A stretch of DNA of 40,954 nt from assembly GCA_040904565.1 (NCBI GenBank), contig JBBDTI010000035.1, positions 1-40,954 of the forward strand, read 5' to 3'. Position 1 is the stretch's first letter; each line of letters begins with the position of its first letter. A program made the translations under genes and the position numbers. Below, in pieces: positions 18,138 to 28,756 of this stretch. This DNA comes from Rhodothermales bacterium. GTDB lineage: Bacteria; Bacteroidota; Rhodothermia; Rhodothermales; VXPQ01. The notes under the pieces were generated by a model that did not search any database, was not told the DNA's origin, and worked only from the letters and a program-made list of their open reading frames with translations.

Positions 18138-20408
18138 TCACTGTGTAGTCGAAGGGAGGGTTTGGCTGCGGCCTGCCCGATCATCAGCGAAAGGGAGACT
18201 GATCATGTTGGCGAAGAGCTTATAGGCACCGGGGTGGTAGGTTTTGAGCTGCCGGTACCAGACAAGGGCGGTATAGAGGTAGGTGCCTCGATCGACGTCG
18301 GCCAGAAGCGTGGAACTCGTCAGCGGGTCTTCTCCGGGATCGTGGAGACTGAAGAGCTCCGTATACCGCCCATCGTACGATTCAGGGAAATAGAGCCCGC
18401 GCTCCTGGACCCATCCGGCCCAGTCGCCAGGTTCGACGGCATTCGGTGACGTCAACAATGCGTGATCCGGCGTCAGCAGCGTGACCGGTGCCGATTCTCG
18501 CGTCACGCGGTCGCGTCCCAGCACGAGTGGATAGGGGGCGAACGTACCGGGGTTGTTAACCGACGCGTCGAATGGATCCGGGTACTCCGCATTCCATTCG
18601 AAGGTTTTCTGGTAGTTGACGATGAGATGCCCGCCCGAACGTAGCCAGTCCAGCAGACGATCATTGTGCGTCCGCAGATCTTGCCGGACGAGATACGCGC
18701 GGATGTCCACGACGATCGTGTGGAGTCCCTCGAAGCGTCCCTCGGCGAGGTCCGTCGAATCGAGCAACGTGTATTCGACGCCGAGCTCCTTCAGCGCGAC
18801 GGCCAGCGTGTTGTCGTAGCTTTCGACGACCCCGACCTGGAGTGCGGTCGGCACGTTCACATCGAAGACCTGCGCCTCGACGAAATCTGTCGTCGTCGCC
18901 GGGCCCGTCGTTCCATTTCGACCGAGGGCCGACAACGATACGGTGTAGGCACCGCGGTCCGAATCCTCAGGAAGGTCGAGCCGGATGGTCCGGCGGACGG
19001 GTCCCAGGCTCGCTTTGAAACGGTGCTGCTCCTGGTCGAGCACGTGGTGGTCGTCGTTTCGAGAAAGAGCGACCGCGACGGTGACGGCGTCGATCGACGG
19101 ATCGAACACGTCGAGTGAATAGGCGAGCTCGTTCCGGCCCGACTCGAATCGCGTCACGTCGGTGCCGGCCTGCAGCAACAGGGGAGGAGCTACCTCCATC
19201 GATACGTAGCCACCGGCCAGGAGCTCGCCGGTCGGTGCGTCGTAGACGACGTATCCGAGCGGGGGACCGCTCGATTCCCGCACGTACTGGTAGATGGGTG
19301 CAGGCTTCGTCGGCGACGCCGCAGGATCTATAGCTAGTCGGAACGATTGCGGCGAATCGTGGCGCAGCACGATCGTCGAATCGATCGCGCGGAAGAGCCG
19401 CAGTCGAACGGGTCGTTCCGGCATCCCGGAGGCATTCCAGTGGAGGCGGATGGACTGTCCCGGGACGGTCAACGTATCGTCTACCGTGACGGAACCGGTC
19501 GCCAGGCGCGGGATGCGCCCCGAGTCGATCCAGTAGTCCAGGTCGGGGGTTGCGGAACGGTTCGGCGCCAGGTTGGCGGCGAGGTCGTGGTCGGACAGCC
19601 GAGCGTCCGTCGCACTACGATATTGCACGAAGTACGTCGCCTCCCAACCGGCAATGCGATCGGCGAACATCTCCATGCCCTGGGAACGATGTTCGTACAG
19701 ACCTTCGGCCGCCATGGCGGCATAGGACATGCCGCGAGTCTCGTCGATCTGTCCGACGGGCACGGCAACGTCATAGGCGCCGTCTCCCGAGCTCCAAAGC
19801 CGGTGAAAGAGCCGCTGAGGCTGCCACAGGTCGACGCCCTCTTCGGCGAACTGCTCGGGGTGGTAGTCGGGGTCGGCCGCGAGTTCGAAGGCATCGTACG
19901 CGGAGAGCCCAACCACCTGGTGGTGTCCGTGCTGCCGGTCGGGCCCGACCGTTACCGTGTCGTGATTCGTAAAGAGGACGTCGGGTTTAAGCTTCCGAAT
20001 GAGATATACGACCCGAGACGTCACCTCGTCTCTGCCGCCCCACCGTTCGAACGTCTCCTCGGCTGATTTCGAGTACCCGAAATCCATGAAATTCAGGAAA
20101 TGCACCTGCGTGCCGAGGTGTCTGGACGCACGCAGGGTCTCCTCCGTTCGAATCGCGCCGAGCTCTTCGTAGAGTTCCGGTCCGATTTCATTCTGCCCGC
20201 CTTCGCCCCGCGTAAAGATGACGGAGTACGCGATGGCGTCTCGCCCCTGTCGGTAATAGGCCAGCGTGCTGCCGTCCTCGTCATCCGGATGCGCGGCAAG
20301 ATTCATGACGACCAGCGGTGCCGTTTCGGGCTGTGCCGACACGGGGCCGGGCGACATCCATCCGAACAACAGGACCGTTACTATTAGAATGCGCGTACGA
20401 GTGTTCAT
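18138..20408 (-). CDS. Secreted PIG-L/LmbE family deacetylase with C-terminal class I glutamine-amidotransferase-like domain
   Basis: Signal peptide, AHPDDED, TRGEGGQN, DFGYSKS, HGHHQ; C-terminal GGHLIVNYQK...WVQERGLYF. Confidence 0.88.
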   Translation of the reverse strand: MNTRTRILIVTVLLFGWMSPGPVSAQPETAPLVVMNLAAHPDDEDGSTLAYYRQGRDAIAYSVIFTRGEGGQNEIGPELYEELGAIRTEETLRASRHLGTQVHFLNFMDFGYSKSAEETFERWGGRDEVTSRVVYLIRKLKPDVLFTNHDTVTVGPDRQHGHHQVVGLSAYDAFELAADPDYHPEQFAEEGVDLWQPQRLFHRLWSSGDGAYDVAVPVGQIDETRGMSYAAMAAEGLYEHRSQGMEMFADRIAGWEATYFVQYRSATDARLSDHDLAANLAPNRSATPDLDYWIDSGRIPRLATGSVTVDDTLTVPGQSIRLHWNASGMPERPVRLRLFRAIDSTIVLRHDSPQSFRLAIDPAASPTKPAPIYQYVRESSGPPLGYVVYDAPTGELLAGGYVSMEVAPPLLLQAGTDVTRFESGRNELAYSLDVFDPSIDAVTVAVALSRNDDHHVLDQEQHRFKASLGPVRRTIRLDLPEDSDRGAYTVSLSALGRNGTTGPATTTDFVEAQVFDVNVPTALQVGVVESYDNTLAVALKELGVEYTLLDSTDLAEGRFEGLHTIVVDIRAYLVRQDLRTHNDRLLDWLRSGGHLIVNYQKTFEWNAEYPDPFDASVNNPGTFAPYPLVLGRDRVTRESAPVTLLTPDHALLTSPNAVEPGDWAGWVQERGLYFPESYDGRYTELFSLHDPGEDPLTSSTLLADVDRGTYLYTALVWYRQLKTYHPGAYKLFANMISLPFADDRAGRSQTLPSTTQ

Positions 20409-20464
20409 TAAATTGCGCGTGATAATATCCAGCTAGATAGACGGTTCGCCGGCAAAATAGTCAA

Positions 20465-21484
20465 CTAAAAGAACGTGTCCCAGATATCGGCCGGATTGTC
20501 TCCGATGCAAGGGATCGGGGGATTCGTGCAGGCCGGGGTAGGGCCGACCATCCCGGCGCACGGGCGGGATTCCTCATACCCGAGGTGGCTGCGTACGGAA
20601 GCCGGAGGCGTCCACCGGACCTCGAAGACTTCCCCCGCACCGATGAAGCCGTATCCGTTTTCTACGTTCGAAAACGCGCCCGGCTCCACCAACAACTCCG
20701 GATCGAACGTGCCGCCCGGTGGATTCCACGCCGAGTCGGCCGCAATGAAATGGAACTCGACGCGGCGTAGTGCGATCCCGGGGGCGCCTGCTGTTATCAG
20801 GCAGTTTCGTTCGTACGTAAGGCGGACGAGCTCCGCGTCCTGCTGCATGTCGACGTCGAATCGCCAACCGTCCGTAATACGCTCTCCTCTATCCGCATAC
20901 GGAATCTCTACCGGAAAGAAAACGGGAGGATGAACCATCGTCCCCACCGGCCACGCGTTCAGCGGAGGGAGATTCGTGGCCTCATAGCGCATTTCCACGC
21001 CTATGAGATGGGGAACGTCGCCGCGCACGTAAACGGGGATCTTGGTGTTCGTCGTGTTGGGCTCGACCGTCACCTCCACGCCCGAGGGGATGGTCACGGT
21101 CGCTGTGGATACGGCTCCGTCGGAGCGGGCAATGCGGATCTGATAGCGATGACCCTCCTCCGGACGGAAGTCAGACCAGTAGACGTGGCCCCGGTCGCCG
21201 TCTTCGTACGTGACGACTCGGTGCGACCACGTACGTTCCTCTCCGGTCGTCAGATCGATCGATGAGACCGTCGCGTCGATGTCACCGGATCGATCGATGC
21301 CCGGGCCGTCCGCGATCGGAAACACGCGAACCTTTTGGGTATCTGCGCCGGCATTCAATAAGCCCCACACGGTGAACGGGCGTTCCTCCCCGACGAGCGG
21401 CTCGACGGACGTGTCGCAGCTGAGGAGTGCGGCCGGGACGACGCAGAGGAGGAGCAGAGAGCAGAGCTTACTGCGGTACGACAT
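20465..21484 (-). CDS. Lipoprotein partner of TonB receptor (DUF4249-like)
   Basis: Lipobox LLS-C, TVWGLLN, C-terminal SNVENGYGFIGA typical of DUF4249-type proteins; directly downstream of the receptor. Confidence 0.7.
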   Translation of the reverse strand: MSYRSKLCSLLLLCVVPAALLSCDTSVEPLVGEERPFTVWGLLNAGADTQKVRVFPIADGPGIDRSGDIDATVSSIDLTTGEERTWSHRVVTYEDGDRGHVYWSDFRPEEGHRYQIRIARSDGAVSTATVTIPSGVEVTVEPNTTNTKIPVYVRGDVPHLIGVEMRYEATNLPPLNAWPVGTMVHPPVFFPVEIPYADRGERITDGWRFDVDMQQDAELVRLTYERNCLITAGAPGIALRRVEFHFIAADSAWNPPGGTFDPELLVEPGAFSNVENGYGFIGAGEVFEVRWTPPASVRSHLGYEESRPCAGMVGPTPACTNPPIPCIGDNPADIWDTFF

Positions 21485-21499
21485 CAGGTGCGGTACGAA

Positions 21500-23788
21500 T
21501 TACAGTTCGACTTCAATACCGACGGTCGGGACGAGTGGAAGCTGGTCCGTCCGATCGAGCGTGAACACGTCCAGGGCAAACAGGTTCGTTCGATTATACG
21601 TATTGACGACGCCGGCCTGCAGCGAGATCTCGGCGAACCCTACCGTCATCGTGTGCGCGACGGTAACGTCGAGTCGATGGTAGGTTGGGAGTATGCCCTT
21701 ATAGGGCTCGTCGTAAATTACGCGGGGGAAGCCTTCCGTCTCTTCGACGTCGACGACGCCGTCCATCAAGATAAACCCGTCGAAGCCCCGAACGCGGGTG
21801 TAAGGGAGGCCCGAACCGAAGTTCCACCGTGCAGAGACGTCGACCCCGCGTACCGAGGTGCTCACGAGGACGTTGAGCTGGTGGCGCCGGTCGTGCGGCG
21901 GCCGGAACGAGAGCCGGTCGGTGCCGAACCACACGGGTAGGCTCTCCTGCATCGCGTCGTAGTGCGTGGAGGAAAGGCCGTAGTTGATAAAGGAATAGAA
22001 ATTTGATTGACGGATTTCCATGCGGAGGTCGATGCCTCGCACGCGTCCAGTGGCAGGTTGAAGGCTCGTGGTGAACCTCGGGAATGCCGTCCACTCTTCG
22101 ATAAAGAGGTTTTCCAGATGCTTGTAGAAGCCCTCGACGGAGAGTTCGAGCCAGGAGAAGGGCTGTACCCGATACCCTGCCAGGCCATGGACGGCATACG
22201 GCACCTCGCCCGTCGGGGCCTCCGCGTAGACCGTGAAGATGTTAGCGGCGTCGCGCCGATCGCTCAGACCGATGATGTTCTGCCGGTAGACGCCCGCTGC
22301 CGCGCTCAGCTCGTGACGCCCGCGCGTGTAGACGGCGCGGACGCGCGGTTCGAGATAGAATCCGGAATTTCCGAAAAACTGTCCGAGGAGTCCGGTTCGC
22401 AGCTGCAGGCCGCCCCCGAGGTCGAACGTAGGTTCGGCATAGGCCCCCGCGTTGGTCGACCGGACGAAGTTGGCCACCAGATTCTGATAGGCGCCCCCCA
22501 GGTCGGCGGACAGCTCCACGTTCTTGGCGAAGAACCCCCAGTTGACCTCCGTCTGCTGCCCGAAGTTGGTAAAGTTAACTTCCAGATTGTAGTGATCCAC
22601 GAGTGCCGAGCGGCTCGGCTCGTCACGCGGACCGTATTGGGTATCGAGACGCGAGTACGAGAACATGACCTCGCCGAGGATCGGCAGCGATCGCGGAAGC
22701 ACGAGGTGGCGAAGACCGAAGGCTGTATTCTTCCACCTCACCTCATTGTTGGTACTGAAGAGCGTCGGCTCGGACAACGTTCCGCGATCGTAGGTGTGCA
22801 AGCCGGTGATGGACGTCTGGTGGTTGTCCGTAATAGGGACGTGCACCTTCCCGAAGAAGTCGCCGAAGCTGTACGGCAGCTCGTCGTTCACGTAGATCGA
22901 CGCGAGCTGCTCGAGCGTTGAAATGCGCGTAGATCCGATGAACGAGATATTCTCGACGAGCGGGCCTTCGACGCGGCCCGTCGTTACGAAGGGCGTAAGG
23001 GAGACGGCCGCCTCGTACCGGCGCTTGTTGCCGTTGCGCGTCTGTACGTCGATGACGGAGGAGAGTCGACCCGCGTACTGCGCCCCGAAGCCGCCGGCGA
23101 AAATATCCGCATTGTTGATGATGTCGGACGGAAAGGCGGAATAGAACCCCAGCAGGTGAAAGGGCTGATAGATCGGGATGCCGTCGAGCAACGTGAGATT
23201 GTGCGACGGCTCGCCTCCGCGGATAAACACCTGGCCGCCCCGGTCACCCATCGAAACCACGCCCGGCTGAGATGACAGATAGTTCACGAGGTCCCCCGAA
23301 ATATTGGGAGACGGGATCATCTCGATGTCTTCGGGCAGCACGCGCTGCTGTCCGGCGGTAACCCGCGCGGCACCGCCTTCGCGTTCGGACTCGACGACGA
23401 TTTCGCCGACCTCCGTCTGCCGCTCCGTCAGCACGATGTCGACGTGCCGGGACTCGCCGGCAGCGAGCTCGAGCGTGTCGGCGTACGTCTGGAAGCCGAT
23501 GAAGCTGGCCTGGAAAGCGTACGTTCCGGGCGGCACGTTCCCGATAATGTAGACGCCGTCGGCCGTCGAGACGGCGCCGAAAAACGCCCCGTCGTCACCT
23601 CGCAGAACGACGTTGACGCCCTGCAGCGGCTGTCCGTCGGCATCGTCGGTTACGAAACCACGTACGGTCGCATTTTGCGCGACCAGATCCGGGGCTGCGA
23701 GGGCGGTAAGTAAAAGGAGTCCGACGGTAAGAATAGATGCTCGATGCGTCGGCCGGCTATGCGCGGGTGCAATCATGAGGGCATCCAC
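21500..23788 (-). CDS. TonB-dependent receptor with N-terminal carboxypeptidase-regulatory-like domain
   Basis: TVRGFVTD..DGQPLQGVNV, plug IRGGEPSHNLTLLDGIPIY..FH, GGFGAQYAGRLSSVIDV, C-terminal LPTYHRLDV...NTYNRTN. Start may be 23776. Confidence 0.92.
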   Translation of the reverse strand: MDALMIAPAHSRPTHRASILTVGLLLLTALAAPDLVAQNATVRGFVTDDADGQPLQGVNVVLRGDDGAFFGAVSTADGVYIIGNVPPGTYAFQASFIGFQTYADTLELAAGESRHVDIVLTERQTEVGEIVVESEREGGAARVTAGQQRVLPEDIEMIPSPNISGDLVNYLSSQPGVVSMGDRGGQVFIRGGEPSHNLTLLDGIPIYQPFHLLGFYSAFPSDIINNADIFAGGFGAQYAGRLSSVIDVQTRNGNKRRYEAAVSLTPFVTTGRVEGPLVENISFIGSTRISTLEQLASIYVNDELPYSFGDFFGKVHVPITDNHQTSITGLHTYDRGTLSEPTLFSTNNEVRWKNTAFGLRHLVLPRSLPILGEVMFSYSRLDTQYGPRDEPSRSALVDHYNLEVNFTNFGQQTEVNWGFFAKNVELSADLGGAYQNLVANFVRSTNAGAYAEPTFDLGGGLQLRTGLLGQFFGNSGFYLEPRVRAVYTRGRHELSAAAGVYRQNIIGLSDRRDAANIFTVYAEAPTGEVPYAVHGLAGYRVQPFSWLELSVEGFYKHLENLFIEEWTAFPRFTTSLQPATGRVRGIDLRMEIRQSNFYSFINYGLSSTHYDAMQESLPVWFGTDRLSFRPPHDRRHQLNVLVSTSVRGVDVSARWNFGSGLPYTRVRGFDGFILMDGVVDVEETEGFPRVIYDEPYKGILPTYHRLDVTVAHTMTVGFAEISLQAGVVNTYNRTNLFALDVFTLDRTDQLPLVPTVGIEVEL

Positions 23789-23993
23789 TGCGAATCGCTG
23801 TACATATGCAATGTGGAAGTACGTGTGTTCAGAATGAGCACGGTCGCGCTTGCTGCGAGACGAAGCGGCTTAGAATAAGCCGTCTCATGTCGCACTGCAA
23901 CAGAACGGCTGGTCTCAGACATGAGTCGCACTCTACCGTCATCGATTGCACGTGACGGCGCATACGTCGCGTCCGGTTTATCGCGTCCGACGA

Positions 23994-25352
23994 TCACGCG
24001 GACATCGACTTCTTCTTACGCACGATCAGGAACGCCATCTCAAGGGCCTGCTCGTAATTCAGACGAGGATCGACCTGAGACTTGTATGCGTGCAGCAGAT
24101 CGGCGTCGTTGAGCCCGCGAGCGCCGCCGGTGCACTCCGTCACGTTCTCGCCCGTGAGCTCGAAATGGACGCCGCCGAGGTGCGATCCTTCCTGTGCGTG
24201 AATGTCGAACGCCTGCTCGAGCTCGTCGAGAATGTTCTCGAATCGCCGGGTTTTTATACCGGCATCCGTCATCTCGGTGTTTCCGTGCATAGGGTCGCTC
24301 ATCCAGAGTACGGGCGTGCCCGTTTTACGAACGGCCTGAATGAGCGGTGGGAGCGCGTCGGCGATGTAGTCGGCTCCCAGACGATGAATCAGCGTGAGGC
24401 GTCCCGGCTCGTCGTCAGGATTCAGCGTGCGCACGAGGCCGGCAAGATCATCCGGACCCATCGAGGGCCCGACTTTGAGTCCGATCGGGTTGTCGATACC
24501 CCGCATGTACTCTACGTGGGCCCCGTCGAGATCGGCCGTTCTGGCGCCGATCCACGGGAAATGGGTGGCGAGATTGTACGCACCCGGCTGATGACGTACC
24601 TCGCGCGTCATGACCTCTTCATACGGAAGATGAAGGGCCTCGTGACTCGTGAAGAACGATGCTCGCTCGAGGCTGTGAAGGGGGCTGTCTGAGACCGTTT
24701 CCATGAACGATACGGCATCACCGATCGATTCCACCATCGCGCGGTACTCTTTGGCCAGATTGGCGTGCTGGACGAAGTTGAGGTCCCAGTACTCCGGATG
24801 GCGCAGATCGGCAAAGCCACTTTCCGCAAGCGCGCGGACGAGGTTGAGCGTCATCGCCGAGCACGCGTAGGCGCGTATCATGCGCTGCGGATCGGGCTCC
24901 CGTACCTCGGGAGTGAACGACACGCCGTTGATGATGTCGCCCCGGTAGCTCGGGAGGGTCGTACCCTGCCTGGTCTCCAAGTCGGATGACCGGGGTTTGG
25001 CATACTGGCCGGCAAACCGGCCGATACGTGCTACGCGCGTCTTCAAGCCGAAGACCAGCACGAGGCTCATCTGCAAGAGGATCTTGATGCGGTTCGCTAT
25101 AATGTCCGTCTTGCAGTCCTCGAAGCGCTCCGCACAGTCTCCGCCCTGTAACACGAAGCCATTCCCCTGAGCGGCCTGTGCAAGGCGTTCCTTCAGCGCC
25201 CGCGTCTCCCAGGACGTGACGAGCGGCGGGAGACCGCTGAGGTGTTCGAGCACCTCGTCGACTTCCGCCTGATTGCGATAAGTAGGTTGCTGGAGGGCTT
25301 TTCGCTCGCGCCAGGACGCGGGGCTCCAGTCGTCTACGGTACTAGTAGGCAT
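23994..25352 (-). CDS. Class II DAHP synthase (3-deoxy-7-phosphoheptulonate synthase)
   Basis: QGGDCAE, GRFAGQYAKPRS, WIGART, DPMHGNT, HFELTG..VTECTGG, DPRLNYEQ. Confidence 0.96.
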   Translation of the reverse strand: MPTSTVDDWSPASWRERKALQQPTYRNQAEVDEVLEHLSGLPPLVTSWETRALKERLAQAAQGNGFVLQGGDCAERFEDCKTDIIANRIKILLQMSLVLVFGLKTRVARIGRFAGQYAKPRSSDLETRQGTTLPSYRGDIINGVSFTPEVREPDPQRMIRAYACSAMTLNLVRALAESGFADLRHPEYWDLNFVQHANLAKEYRAMVESIGDAVSFMETVSDSPLHSLERASFFTSHEALHLPYEEVMTREVRHQPGAYNLATHFPWIGARTADLDGAHVEYMRGIDNPIGLKVGPSMGPDDLAGLVRTLNPDDEPGRLTLIHRLGADYIADALPPLIQAVRKTGTPVLWMSDPMHGNTEMTDAGIKTRRFENILDELEQAFDIHAQEGSHLGGVHFELTGENVTECTGGARGLNDADLLHAYKSQVDPRLNYEQALEMAFLIVRKKKSMSA

Positions 25353-25428
25353 GTGTATGTGCGGCGAGTGAGATTCGTTTTTCGTGCAGAGAAACGCACG
25401 GGAGGGCGCTGCGTTTCGACGACGGCGC

Positions 25429-26590
25429 TCATGGAACGCCTACGAACACAAAATACACAACGATGAGGCCGGACATCAGGTATAAAATCGGGTGGACGTC
25501 TCGCCGGCGACCGCTCAGAACCTTCAGGGCGACGAACGACACGATGCCGAACACGATACCGTTGGCTATCGAAAAGGTGAGCGGCATGACGGCGATCGCG
25601 AGAAAGGCTGGAAGACCTTCATCCACACGCTCCCACTCGATGTCGTGGACGCTGCCCATCATCATGGCTCCTACGACGATGAGTGCAGGAGCCGTAGCCG
25701 CCGCGGGCACGGCAGCAAAGACCGGCGTGACGAAGAGCGCCAGAAGGAACAGGACGGCGACGACGAGCGCGGTGAGGCCCGTTCGCCCACCCTCCTTGAT
25801 ACCCGTCGCCGATTCGATATAGCTGGTCACGGTGCTCGTTCCGAGCAGTGCGCCGACGGTCGTTCCGACGGCGTCCGCCGTAAAGGCGCGATCGGCGCGT
25901 GGAAGCTGCCCGTCTTCATCCAGAAATCCACCCGTTTTCCCCACGCCGATGAGCGTGCCGGCCGTGTCGAGAAAGTCGACGAAAAGGAAGGCCAGTACGA
26001 CGGATACGAGTTCCAGCGAAAGGAGGGCATCGAATGAGGACGAGTCCGCCCAACGCCACCAGCACGTCCGCATCCCTCAGATGTCCGAGCGTCACGAGCG
26101 TCGCCGCGTCCGCTACGATAAGGCCGGCGTTCTGGAAGCCGATGACCGTGAGGAAAAGCCCGATGCCGGCCGTAACGGCGGCTTTGAGCGCGAGGGGAAT
26201 GGCGTTCACAACGGCCGAGCGTATCCCTCCCAGCGCAAGTGCGAGGAAGAGGAGCCCCTCGACAAATACCGCGGCAAGAGCCGTCTGGTAGGAGACGCCC
26301 ATCCCTATGACGACGGTGAACGTGAAGTAGGCGTTCAGGCCCATACCCGGTGCGAGTGGAAATGGGTAATTGGCATAGAACGCCATGACGAGCGTAGCAA
26401 CGGCGGAGGCCACGGCGGTGGCAACCGCGACGTCCCGCGGCGGCATGCCCGCCTGCGAGAGAATCTGCGGGTTGACGAACAGGATGTACGCCATCGTAAG
26501 GAAGGTCGCCGTGCCGGCACGGACCTCCGTCGCCACGTTCGTGCCCCGTTCGGTGAGGCTAAAGGTTCTGTCGAGCAGTTCCGCAGGCAT
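25429..26590 (-). pseudogene. NCS2/AzgA-type purine permease, split by frameshift plus internal deletion near 26034
   Basis: N-part has TFLTMAYILFVNP and APGMGLNAYF; C-part in another frame has FVDFLDTAGTL and YIESATGIKEGGRTGLTA. The junction GGLVLI|FDALLS lacks the intervening TM segment. Confidence 0.8.
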
Positions 26591-26707
26591 GCCGAAGATG
26601 GGTTAACATGGTAGTTGACGGTACCTTACATTACTGCACGCGAACGGACGCGGATAGCGGGCGGAAAGAGAGAGAGCTGTTGTTGGATTCTTCGTCGCCG
26701 GCACAGG

Positions 26708-27151
26708 ATGGAACATGACATTGACCAGTTCGGCCGGGAGCTCATGCGTCGGCTGAAGTGGTTGATCGCTGAAGTCAAGCGACTTTCGGACGAGAACGAA
26801 CGGCTGCTTAGGGAGAACAAGGAGCTACGTGAGGAGGTGACGCTCGCTCGCCTCCAGGGTGAGCTTGGAGGCTCGGGCGATCTTCTCGACGAGCTTGCAT
26901 CGGAGGTTCCGGTCGAGCCGGTTCTCTCTCCGGAAGCCATGCAATTCTACCGAATCCTCCCGGAGAAGATCAACTTCTCCGACTTCTTCCGGTACGCAGA
27001 GGCGGGTGACATCTCCGTAGCCGAAGCACGCGACTACTTGCTGGCGTTCATCCGCCAGGGACTGGTCGAGCAGCGTGGGCGGCTGCTGGAGAAGGCGGTT
27101 CATCCGAGTGGAAATCGTTCAACGACGCGTCGTGAGGTCCACAAGGGATAA
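26708..27151 (+). CDS. Hypothetical protein (N-terminal coiled coil, possible winged-helix C-terminus)
   Basis: Heptads LIAEVKRLSDENERLLRENKELREEV; C-terminal ISVAEARDYLLAFIRQGLVEQRG; start ATG 26708. Confidence 0.7.
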   Translation: MEHDIDQFGRELMRRLKWLIAEVKRLSDENERLLRENKELREEVTLARLQGELGGSGDLLDELASEVPVEPVLSPEAMQFYRILPEKINFSDFFRYAEAGDISVAEARDYLLAFIRQGLVEQRGRLLEKAVHPSGNRSTTRREVHKG

Positions 27152-27160
27152 ACCCGCCGG

Positions 27161-28705
27161 TCACGCCCTCCTAGCGAGCTCGGGATAGATCCGGCCGTAT
27201 TTCTCGCGCACGTACGCCAGCCAGCTCTTTGCACTGAGTCCGCTCCCCGTGGCACGTTCGAGGAGATCGAGCGCCTTCATCTTCCGACCGTGTCGGTGGA
27301 TATGTTTGCGGAGCCAATCGAGCAGCTCGCCAAACCGACCGTCGCGGATCAGTGCGTCCATGTCGCCGAGATCCCGTCCGGCTGCTTCGAAGATCTGGGT
27401 CGACATCAGGTTGCCCAGGGCGTACGTCGGAAAATAGCCGATGGCACCGAGCGACCAGTGAATGTCCTGCAGGACCCCGTTGGCGTCCGTATCGGGTACC
27501 ACGCCCAGGTAGTCGTCCATCTTCTCGTTCCACAGGTCGGGAAGGTCGGCTGTGGCGACGCGTCCTTCCAGCAGTGCGTTCTCTATCTCGAAGCGCAGCA
27601 TGATGTGCAGATTATAGGTCACCTCATCGGCCTCGACGCGGATGAGTCCGGGCTGCACCTTGTTGACGGCCCCGTAAAATGCATCCTGCGTCACGGAGCC
27701 AAGCTGCTCGGGGAAGAGGTCGCGCAGGTGCGTATAGTACCGCTCCCAGAACGGTCGGCTGCGGCCCACCAGGTTTTCCCAGAGGCGCGACTGTGACTCG
27801 TGCATGCCGAGCGACGTGCCCTCGTCGAGCAGCGTGCGCGCCAGCGAGGGATCGACCCCCTGTTCGTAGAGGGCGTGGCCCGCCTCGTGCAGCGTGCCGA
27901 ACAGCGCGGGATTGAGGAAATGCTCCGATACGCGCGTCGTCACGCGGACGTCCGATATGGCGAACGTCGTCGTGAATGGATGCGCGGAGAGGTCCTGGCG
28001 GCCCCGGTCGAGGTCGTACCCGAAATCGCGAGCGACGTCGAGTCCGAATTGCCACTGGAGCTCCTTGTCGAAGTGCTGGTGCACCGGACTCTCGTTGACG
28101 GGTTCGGCGTCGGCGATGGCCTCGACGATGGGTACGAGCTCCTTCCGCAGGTCGGAGAAGATCTTCTCGACGAGCGACGTCTTCATGCCGGGCTCGTAAT
28201 CGTCGAGCAGCGCGTCGTAGATCCGGTCGTCGTATCCGTAGGCTTCGGCCTTCTCGACGTTTAGGTCGACGATACGCTCCAGGTGCGGGGCGAACGTCTC
28301 GAAACGATTCATCTCGCGCGCCTTCTTCCAGGCCTGTTTCCCGCGGCTGACCGCTTCGGCCATCCGGCCGACGAGCTCGTTCGGAAGCCGGGTGGCCTTG
28401 TCGTAGTCTCGCCGGAGGACGCGCACCATGGACGCTTCTACGGACTGCGGGTCCATCTCCGACGCCGGATCCGAGAGATCGTCGAGCAGCGTGCCGAGCT
28501 CGTCCGTCGTGAACCGTTCGTGGGCGAGCCGGCGGATGGTCGAAATCTGTTTCGCGCGCGCCTCGGCGCCGCCGGGCGGCATGTACGTTTCCTGGTCCCA
28601 GGAGAGAATCTCGGCCGTTCTGCGGAGGTCGCTTACCTGGGCGACGATCTCCCGAAGTCGGGCGAAGCGGTCTTCGACGGCCGGTTCGGAGGCAGTTTGG
28701 GGCAT
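27161..28705 (-). CDS. Carboxypeptidase Taq family (M32) metallopeptidase
   Basis: HPF, DVRVTTR, HEAGH, HESQS, IRVEADE, GVLQDIHW, GYFPTYALG. Confidence 0.95.
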   Translation of the reverse strand: MPQTASEPAVEDRFARLREIVAQVSDLRRTAEILSWDQETYMPPGGAEARAKQISTIRRLAHERFTTDELGTLLDDLSDPASEMDPQSVEASMVRVLRRDYDKATRLPNELVGRMAEAVSRGKQAWKKAREMNRFETFAPHLERIVDLNVEKAEAYGYDDRIYDALLDDYEPGMKTSLVEKIFSDLRKELVPIVEAIADAEPVNESPVHQHFDKELQWQFGLDVARDFGYDLDRGRQDLSAHPFTTTFAISDVRVTTRVSEHFLNPALFGTLHEAGHALYEQGVDPSLARTLLDEGTSLGMHESQSRLWENLVGRSRPFWERYYTHLRDLFPEQLGSVTQDAFYGAVNKVQPGLIRVEADEVTYNLHIMLRFEIENALLEGRVATADLPDLWNEKMDDYLGVVPDTDANGVLQDIHWSLGAIGYFPTYALGNLMSTQIFEAAGRDLGDMDALIRDGRFGELLDWLRKHIHRHGRKMKALDLLERATGSGLSAKSWLAYVREKYGRIYPELARRA

Positions 28706-28756
28706 GTGCTGATCTATGGGAATCGTCTGTTGGATGATGTGCGCGCGTGACGCGCC

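Noticed and set aside
26020-26050. Programmed ribosomal frameshift in the NCS2 permease
   Set aside because: No slippery heptamer, and conserved sequence is missing, so a frameshift alone would not restore the protein.
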